Shown piece by piece: positions 54,922-64,000 of a stretch of DNA of 64,000 nt; position 1 is the stretch's first letter; the number at the start of each line of letters is the position of its first letter. The stretch is from the NCBI RefSeq assembly GCF_009914755.1, contig NC_060935.1; one strand, written 5' to 3'. A program made the translations under genes and the position numbers. The notes below the pieces were generated by a model. That model was not told the DNA's origin. It ran no database searches and was given only the letters and a program-made list of their open reading frames with translations. Source of the DNA: the human T2T-CHM13v2.0 reference genome, Homo sapiens.

Positions 54922-57464
54922 TTATATGTTCAGTATTTTTTCCACCAGACTTCAAGCTCAACACCAGACTTTTCAGTTCAAAACCAAGCAAATGGTAATC
55001 TTGCTGCCTGTAAGGGCCTAGGGCTAAAAGTTAACCACTTTGACATCCTAAGGAACATGAGCTGGGGATGCCAGCACCATGAGTTTCAGGGGATCAATTG
55101 CTTCAAGTAGCTGCCACCCTATGTCTACCTTCCCTACCTCCTTCAGGGACTGGCTTTGAAATTTCCACAGTGGCCTCTCATCTTGGTCTGCGCCATAATG
55201 TCAACAGTGTTAATAAAATAAAATTTCCCAAACTTGCTAAGGGGAGCAGCTGTTTCATTCCCACACCTGCTACCACCCCTACCCCAGCAGAAGGGCTGTG
55301 AGCTACAGAGCCAGTCCTGTGTTCTCTCAGCCCACACCCGCCCTGCTCAGAAGCTCAGCCAATGGGATAACCTTTGGGTAGCCACAGGACTACTCTCCCC
55401 ACAGATCTCACAGCAGAACTGGAAAGGTTTCATCAACGGCTAGGAAGCAGAAAAACAACAGGTAGGAAAAGAATCAAGTGTTCTCTTTCAAGCCTGCCCT
55501 AGGGAGTCTCTGCAAGCCATTATTCTGAAGCCTAGAAGCAATGCCCTCCCCAGGGTGCCTTGCTTGCACAAATACTGAGAGACAAAACAAAAATGCTCAA
55601 TTTCAGTGCTTCCAAGAACCCCTGAAGAGGCTGGAGTTCCCTCCAACAGCACGGTGGCTTTGTGTGTGCAAAGCAATTATAGGAGTTGGATGTCAGAGAA
55701 AACGGGGGTGAAATCTAAGCACCACCCCAATAGAAAGTACAGATGTTATTAATCACCACCTTGCAGCTCCTCTAAAAGCCCAGATAGCTCCAAAGTGAAT
55801 AGGTTTCCATTCATTCAGCATTTAATAATAGGTGTCAAGTGTTTCAGCAGCCCCTGTCCTATTAGAACTGTTTTGATGGGGAAATAAACAAGCAAATTTG
55901 TGATCTTACAACACCTGGTAAATTTTCTCAGCCACACACAAGTTGAGGTGTTGAGCATGCAGAGACAGCAGGGAAGACCCGATGCCCAAGGCAGGAGGCG
56001 GTTCCTGGAGAAAGTCATATCTGAACAGAAGGAAGAGGATCTGGCCAGGGGATCGGGTGAAGCAATAGGTGTCCAGGCAGCTTGCCCTACACACTGGGAG
56101 GGACAAACTCTGCCATATTCTATGCCATTAAAAGAAGTTCAGTTTAGCCGGAACAGAGGACAGGAGGAAGGGCTAGTGAGCAAAGAGACTGGAAAAGGAG
56201 GCCATAGCTGGGTGTTGGATCGCAGGCGCCATAAGAAGTTTGGACATCTAAAGGTATCTGGAGAGTCCGCAGCGCAGGAGGAGGAGAGGAGCAAACGACG
56301 GGATTGGATCTGCAATTTGGATGATTTCTCTTCCAAGGAGCACCGTGCCCTCGGACTCTTTGTTGTCTTTGACACTCGGAGCTGCTGTCGTGGCAATTGT
56401 TAAAAAATGAAACTTTAAGAAAATGAAAACCTGAAGGTAGAAAATGGAAGATGGGAGGACTCCCTTAATAATTCTGAGGATCACTATGGGAAGCCAGCCT
56501 AAAGACCACAGGGTCAGAAGCTGTCTAGAAGCCACAGCCAAAAGTATGCCCTCCGCTCCTCCAAAGCCAGGGAAAGATCTGGCCCCCAGCCTGCCTTGGA
56601 GGGAAGGGGCGATGCTGCACACAGCCTGGGTTGCCTCCTTGCTGCCGCCAGGCTGAGCTTGTTAAACTTTCCATCATTTTCCAGCCAACTGAACTGCATC
56701 AGATGAGACTGAGTCTGCGTTTGTAAAAGATGAGAAGAGACCCTCTGTATACAGCTACACCCCTTCCACCCCACCCTCTGCCAATCCCAAGAGATGAGTC
56801 CATCTCTCTGCCCTCAGTTTGGGGTTGCTCTAGGAGGCTTTATGGGGTGCAGTGGCCCCCAGACCACTAGGCTGTCACTGAAGTTGATGCCTTTCCTACA
56901 GGGACAAGGAACCCAGCAGACCTGCCTCCTGCCTCGTTCTGCCACCTGGGGAAGGCAGGGTTCTGCCTTTGAGCCTAAAGAGTTTTCTACCCCAGGGCTG
57001 AGAGTGTGAGTGGAAGTCAGGAGGAACCAGCTCTAGGTAAAGCCCTAGGATGGGCCTTCTGGTCAACGTCCAGCAGGTCTCAGCTCCTCTTTCTGCTCCC
57101 ATGGAAAGAATCAGAAGTGGGGTATTTGGCATCGTTTTGCCTGAAGAAGAGATGGAAAGGCTTGGAGGTGCACACAATGGTGAGACAGAATAAAGAGGAG
57201 ACCAAAACTCTTCCAGGGAAGGCAGGTCCAAATGACCTACTTAATTATAAATGATCTAAGCCTCGGGTGACAAGAGGAATCAGAAAACGACCAAAGACTC
57301 TCAACCCCATGGGGGCAACAGCATTTTCTTGTGCAATTCAGAACACTAGAGGTTGGTGATGTTAAGAGATGTCTTATTTCAGGCAAAAATAGATGTTAAA
57401 TAGGGCTCCCTAGATGTGTGTATAGATGTGTGTATGGATGTATAGATTCGTGTATAGATAATTC

Positions 57465-59020
57465 TCATTTGCACGGAGCTTTTATAGTTTGCAAGGCTTT
57501 ATCACCATCATATTGGATCTTCTTCACAAACCAAATGAGGTAAAAAAGCAAAGTATCATTACTACTACCTTGTGACAGCTGAGGAAGCTGGAAGGAGGTT
57601 GAATGAAACAGGTGTGACATAGCAGAAAGGACATAAGATTTAGAATCTAAATACCCGAATTCAAGCCCTGCCTCCCCAACCAACTAGATTGCAAAAATAA
57701 TTGTGTCTGTATATTATATTTAATTCTTAAAAGTGTGACTATATTTCCCTTATTTCCAAGTTCTTGGGAAAAGAATGGGCACCTTATTCTTGCCCCCATA
57801 TGTGGCTAACACAGGTAACATTCTCTCTCAAGACTCCCCACAAATTATTGCCCTTTAAGTTAATGTATGCAAAGAACTTTGGGTAGTGCCTAGCATGTAG
57901 TAAGTAGCATATGAGTGTTAACTAGTATGGTTTATCTCTTTGTCCCCAGCACCCGCACAGTGTCTGGCACATGCTAGGTGTTTAATAAATACAAGCTGAT
58001 AGAATGACTGACAGGTATTTACTGTCCAGTGTAGGAAACAGACATATAAGCAAATAATGGCAATGGAGTGAGGTGAGTGCTATGGAAGGTATGTATCAGT
58101 GTGTGGTGGTGGGGAGTGGAATAAGAAGTTGCTCACTGCAAGAGGAAGGGTGAGGGAGGGTGCACTGAGGAGGTAAAAGATATGCACTGACCCATTTATA
58201 AGGGCTTAAAGACTTTGGAGGAGGACATGAGTTAAAGAGAGTGGAGAAAGAATCTCTTAGGCAGGAAGTTAAGCGTGCAGAAAAGTCTGTAGTCATGATG
58301 CAGTAGCATGTACTCAGAGAAGAGTGACTGACTCAGTATGGCTAGGAAGTAGAGTATCAGGGACATCATGGTGGAAGAAGAGGTTGGAGCCAGGGCCAGA
58401 TGTGAACAACTTTGAATGTCAGACTAAGGAATTTGGATCTTATTCTCTAGCAGAAATGCAGAGCCAGTGAAAGGATTGTAAGCCAAAGAATGAATATTTG
58501 TATTATAGAAAGGCCAATCTATGTGTTTTCAGAAAAATGGAATTGAGAAAAGCAAGACTGGAGGCAGACAGACAAGTTAGGAAACTATTTCCATAGTCCA
58601 GGTAAAATATAAGAAGAGGTTGAGCTTAGATTATGACCACTGAGACCTTGAAGAGGAGACAGATTAGAAACGTATTCAGGAAATGTCATCAGAGAACTTT
58701 GTAAGCTACTAAACATGTCGGGAAAAGCAAGGAAAGAGGCAAACATGGTGTCGAGGACTTAAGCCTGGGTGACTGGATAAACAGAAGCCCCACTAACCAA
58801 GTTAGAAAATGCTGGCATAAGAGCAGATGAGGAGTCTCCCGTCTGGACACTGTGTTTGAAGTTCTTGCTCAGTGTGCACAGGGAGCTGCCCAATAGCTGT
58901 TGAGCCAGAGCAGACTGGAAAGAGCCTGGCAAGGGGTCCACCCTGGTGTTGTAGATCTAGGGTCATGGACAAGTGATATAGCTTAAGCCACGGGAGAGGA
59001 TGAGATCAGTCAGAGAGAGA
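57465..59020. mobile_element. Cluster of MIR and L2 relics
   Basis: MIR pieces at about 57470-57680 and 57860-57925; L2 3' end gcacagtgtctggcacatgctaggtgtttaataaata; L2 body gagccagtgaaaggattgtaagc..tagtccaggt..ttaagcctgggtgactgg. Confidence 0.6.
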
Positions 59021-59029
59021 ATCTAACCT

Positions 59030-59480
59030 GTGTTGGCCGTGCATGGGAGCAACAGCAAGATGCCCATTCTGCCCAAGAACTTCAAAATAGAAAAATACAG
59101 TCACCCCCACTAAGAACTAAATAGTGTTATACAGACAAAATGGATGTGAGGAGCTCATTGTGGGAGTAAAAGGAGATGTCTGTGCCCAGGGAATTTGAGA
59201 AGGCCTAAAATATCCATCAGCATGGCTTGCTGTAACCTACTGTCTGTGGACCTAGTCTTTGGCCAGGAGGCCTGGCATTGTTGCAGCTATCCTAACAGCA
59301 GCCTAAAGAAGGGACAAAAGGCTGAGAGTATCTCAAATAAACCAAGCCAGGGCCAAGTCTGAACCATGTTCCAACCCTGGCCTTTTTTGGTTATACGATA
59401 CAATAAATTCCTGTTATTGTCTTCAGTTGAGTTGGGTCAGATTTTCTGATCATTGCAGCCAAAAGCATGCTAAGCTGGTA
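59030..59480 (+). mobile_element. Old MLT1 LTR
   Basis: caataaattcctgttattg..gttgagttggg..ttttctgatcattgcagccaaaagcat 3' end. Confidence 0.55.
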
Positions 59481-61929
59481 CACTCAGTGAGCTTGGAAGC
59501 ACAGCAAGAGGAGGAAGTGAGTAAGTCCCAGTAGGAATGCACCTCTCTGGGGACCAGGGCACTCGAGTCTGAGGGTCAGGGCATGCTCCCCATGCTTTCT
59601 GCTTGGACAGGATCTGGATCTTTGCTTTCTGTTTTCAGAATTCTGGATTCATCTGCAACATAGTTTCTATGGCTGTCTTAAGAGTGAAGAAATCTCTTTC
59701 CAAGCAGACCCCAATAAATTTGGCCTTTTGTCTCATTAGACCAAATTGGGTCATAACTTTTCCTGAATTAGTTCTGAGGCCAGGACTGATTCACATTGGC
59801 CTGGATTCCAAAAGCCAAGGGAGTGAGGTTACTCTTAGGCCCTTTAGGCCCAACCTTGGAGCTGAGGGTGGCAGCAGCCCCTCAACTACAGTGGCTGTGT
59901 GGGCAAGGCTTGGGCAAAACTGCAATAATCACCGGATGAAGAGGAAGTGGATGTCAGGGAAGCCACCATGACATCCACTAGACTAACCAACTTTACCAAC
60001 TTCTGGATATAAGTTGGCTTCCTATTTGGACTTGCCAGAGGAAAGCACAAAAACACTATCAATTCAAATCTTATGGTCCAGAATCTGTTTCCTACCAGTA
60101 AGGCTGTTTTCATTTATGAGGGGCTGCTGTATCAGGTAAACATAGAAATATTTTGTGATTTAATACAATGAAGTTTTTCTTACTCAGATAAACTCTAAAC
60201 AGTGGCAAGGTGAGTGACAATGAGCACTGTGCTCCAGAGATGGCAGGGTCCCTGTCTGCTTCAAAGCCATTTCAAAGGTTGTCCTGGACAGCAACATACA
60301 GCCCACACATGGGCAAAGAGAGAGGGAAGCATTGAGAGGGGAGTCTTATGGCTCAAGCCTGGCAGCAGAGTGCCTTACTTCCACCCATAATCATACACCA
60401 CACACAGCAGTGGTGAAGCCTGGGAGAGCCCCTCCATCCCATTTGAACTGCCCAAGAGAGAGAGAGAGAAACAAACAAACAAACAAACAAACAGAAGAGG
60501 ATGGAACTCTGGAGAGCAATAAAACAATCTGTAAGCCAAGGATAAAAAGAAGCCACAAAGAAGATTGAGATGGGTAATCAGACAACTAAAGACAAAAACC
60601 AGAGTGGAGACAGAGATTAAAGGAAGAGGGAGTTCCAAGTAGGGGAACAAGAACACTTAACCATCTCCCCATCTCATTAGATGGTGCTGTGGATTAAAGG
60701 AGCTGGGAAATGTGAAAGTGTTATCAAAATGGTGAAACACTGTACCCATGTGTGAGACAGACTCTGATAATTTGTTTGCCTCTGGGGCCTCTTGAGAGCC
60801 CCACCTGTAACATTCAGCCCCTGGAATTGCCAGGCCCCACCCTGCTCCTTCCCTTTCTGCACTCCCAGCAGATGGGGTAGCAGGGAAGGTTGAACAACCA
60901 CCACCTGTGGCCTGCGAAAATGCCCTGTGGTTCCAGAACCTCAGGCAGAGTCTCCAAAGTTGAGCTACCCCTAAATCCCCAAGAGGCCGTAAGGGGTTGA
61001 ATCTCTAAGATACAATGTCCTGTGCTCTCCAGGGAAATACCCACCCCTTGATCACACTGGACCAGACTGGGCTGCACTTGTACTTGCAGAAGAGAAAGAG
61101 GAGAGAGAATAAATACAAGAAATCTTTTGTACAGGAGGGTGGGGTGGGAGGGTTGGAGGAGTGTTTCAAAAGCTTTTCTAAATTTAATATGTCATTTTCT
61201 AATTGTATTTCATAATTGTGTAATTATCCCTAAGTATTTTTCTTTAAGTAATAGAACTAGTAATTACATCCTAATTGAATGTGTAATCTCATCATTAGGA
61301 TAGGTAAATATATAATAGTGTGATGATGATAAGGTAATTAAAATTCCAAGGATGACTCTGCCATAAAAACCTATGACATGTTCCTGCCTCTGTCCCAGGA
61401 TTCCCTTCTCCAGCAGGCTTTGAAATCCCACCTGGACAGAAGAGATAAGCTCCAAGGCCTAAGAAACGTTTAATGAGACAGCACTTTTCCCAGTGAACAT
61501 ACAGGCCATCTGGAGCAGTATTGTCTGCCTCTCTCTCCACAACCCTTCCCAAAATACCTCCTTGGGATTTCCCACTTTTACATCATTCCCCATTAGGAAG
61601 GAAGCCTAGACTTGCAGAATGGCTGGATATGGGCTGTCTGACTCCCCCGACCCTGCCTGAATGCAGAGCTCTGACGAGGTAGGTTGGCCACGAAGCCAGG
61701 CTCAACTGATGCACAAAGGAAAAATAAATATATCCCCTCTCACCCCAGAGCAGCTGAGGTACCCACAACAAACATGGATCTGTGTGTGAGGCTTCTGCAT
61801 GGGCAGAGGCTGCTATTTTTAGGGAGACCCACTGATTAGGATTGTGCAGGAGGTTCCAGCCGCCTGGATGGCCCCATGATGGAGGCCAAGGGCTGGCCTC
61901 AGGCACAGCACCAGCTTCCTGCCCCATCC

Positions 61930-62262
61930 ATGACAAGAACTCCCTCCTCGACCAAACATACTCATTACTCCTTACTCTGATGAGCCCCCATCCTTGGCCA
62001 ACTGAGTCCAGTTTTAGCAAAGAATTTATTGAGAATCCCCCCACCTTGATATCAAGTTCCTCTTCCCCACACCCTGCACACCTAGGCAAGTTCCTCTTAG
62101 TGATTTTCCATCTACTTCCTTACCCTGTCATTGGCTATAAATCCCCACTTGTCCCTTTTGCGTTTGGAGTTGAGTTTACTCTCTCTTCCCTGTTGCAATA
62201 GTCTTGAATAAAGTATTTCTTGCCATTTTGGACAAGCATTTTGTGTATTTTTTTTCTTTAAC
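61930..62262 (+). mobile_element. MER31-like ERV1 solo LTR
   Basis: aactccctcctcgaccaaac..agtccagttttagcaa..gagaatccccccaccttgatatc..ttggctataaatcccc..ttgcaatagtcttgaataaag. Confidence 0.75.
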
Positions 62263-62909
62263 TGCTAAAACCCAGGGACATGGACCATGAGCAGACCTGT
62301 CTAATCTGAGATGACACTCATGGCCTTACCTAGAGGGTGACAGGTATCCTCCTGGGGTAAACTGAAGATGCTAAAGAAGCACAGATGAGAAGGGACATTT
62401 ACCTGGACACAGTCAGTGGGAGATGGGCACAGTAGAGGGGTCAAGGTAGAGGGGAGTGTGAGGTGGCGGGTCACCATGTGCCTCACTGGGGAGGTGATAA
62501 CATGGCCTTTTCAACAGGGTAGAGACCATGAAGAAGACAGTCAGCAGAGACAAGGCTGGAGGGGGTGGGCTGAAGAGCCTTACAACCTTCATCAAAGTTC
62601 AGACTCTCCTGAGGATGGCATTCTTTACTAATTTGGAAAAGGTGTAAGTCCAGATGGATGGAAAGATGGACAGAAAGATGGACTGAAGGACTGATGATGG
62701 ATGGGAAGATACTGGATATCACAGGTGGACCTAAAGCAAACGATAACCTGGCCTCCACCAAAGCTATGATATTCTTCTTCTGATTCCCTAGTCCCAGAAA
62801 ATCAGGGCCAGCAAGGCAGAGACTAGGACCCAGGCAAGGCCCAGTGCTCTCTCTGCTCTGTGTGACCCTCCTGAAGAAAGCAAGGGCTTCCCTTGTCTAT
62901 CTACTACTT

Positions 62910-63450
62910 CTTTTTCTATTTTTATTTTTTATAATTTCAAATTTAATTTTAGATTCAAGGGGCACATGTGCAGGTTTGTTACCTGGGTATATTGCATGAT
63001 GCTGAAGTTTAGGGTGCAAATGATCCTGTCACTCAGGTACTGAACGTAGTACCTGATAGATTTTCAACTCTTGCCCACTCCCTTCCTCCCCACTCTAGTA
63101 GTCCCCAGTTTCTATTGCTGCCATCTTTATGTCCATGTATACCCAATGTTCAACTCCCACTTGTAAATGAGAACATGAGATATTTGGTTTTCTGTTCCTA
63201 TGTTAATTTGCTTAGGGTAATGGCCTCTAGCTGTATGCATGTTGCTGCAAAGGAAGTGATTTCATTCTTTTTTATGGCTGCATAATATTCCATGGTATAT
63301 ATGTACCACATTTTCCTTATCCAGTCCACCATTAATGAGCACCTTGGTTGATTCCATGTTTTTGCTATTGTGAATATAACAAATAGTAAAGTGTTATGAT
63401 GAACATATGTGTGCATGTGTCTTTTGGGTAAAACTATTTATTTTCTTTCA
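62910..63450 (-). mobile_element. 5'-truncated older L1PA (PA15/16-like) 3' end
   Basis: ttttagattcaaggggcacatgtgcaggtttgttacctgggtatattgc..; antisense ORF2 C-terminus [20 protein letters not shown]; TSD-like tacttctt. Confidence 0.88.
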
Positions 63451-63592
63451 TCCAATACTTCTTAAATGCACTAGTCACTTCACATAGACACACACATTCC
63501 AAAGGCCTCACATCACACAACAGCACCAAAGGCCTTTGACTTCCATGTCCCAGAAGGACCTCTCCAAGCCAACAGGCTCAAAGAGAAAGTTT

Positions 63593-63921
63593 CTATCTTT
63601 CTTTCTTTTTCTTTCTTTCTTTCTTTCATTCTTTTTATTAAGAAGGAGTCTCGATCTGTTGCCCAGCCTAGAGTGCAGTGGCACAATCTCAGCTCACCGT
63701 AACCTCTGTGTCCTCGGCTCGAGCAATTCTCCCACCTCAGCCTCCTGAGTAACTGGGATCACAGGCATGTACCACTATGCTCACCTAACTTTTGTATTCT
63801 TAGTAGAGACAGGATTTCACCATGTTAGCCAGGCTGGTCTCAAACTCCTGGCCTTAAGTGATCTGCCCACCTCGGCCTCCCAAAGTGCTGGGATTACAGG
63901 CATGAGCCACCGTGCCCAACC
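63593..63921 (-). mobile_element. Alu (J/S) with a (CTTT)n tail
   Basis: Antisense dimer; TSD gagaaagtttct / gagagaatttct. Confidence 0.95.
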
Positions 63922-64000
63922 GAGAGAATTTCTTAACATCAGATATGTGGATTGATTTTTCCCACACGATCCTATTAAAAAGTGAGGAAGCTGCCTTAAG

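Noticed and set aside
55900-56403. 167-aa ORF overlapping the CpG patch
   Set aside because: Non-ATG start, no recognisable domain, and the 5' part resembles decayed L2; no support for coding.

Overview
Primate genomic DNA, most likely human or great ape given the Alu, L1PA2/3-type L1, MLT2A1/HERV-L and HSMAR2 content. It looks intergenic or deep-intronic. I found no credible protein-coding exon; the longer ORFs fall in Alu, L1, ERV or mariner remnants or in low-complexity sequence. Much of the window is interspersed repeat: an internally deleted HERV-L provirus (8311-12516, TSD CACCA), a 5'-truncated young L1 (34210-36461), a full-length dead HSMAR2 (45462-46750), a Y4 RNA retropseudogene, about 15 Alu-family elements and many MaLR, L1M, MIR and L2 relics. 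The most unusual signal is a cluster of template-switch repair scars around the HERV-L: (i) a 218-bp, about 97% identical copy of non-repeat-looking sequence from 6.1 kb upstream, inserted into the TA/TG tract of the 5' LTR; (ii) a separate fold-back deletion at the same tract in the 3' LTR; (iii) a double-hairpin insertion in a MIR about 150 bp downstream. Several islands rich in homeodomain motifs, including a PBX-HOX plus PBX-MEIS pair at 802-848, suggest developmental enhancers. Repeat subfamily names come from memory of consensus sequences, not from a database run, and boundaries of old repeats are approximate.
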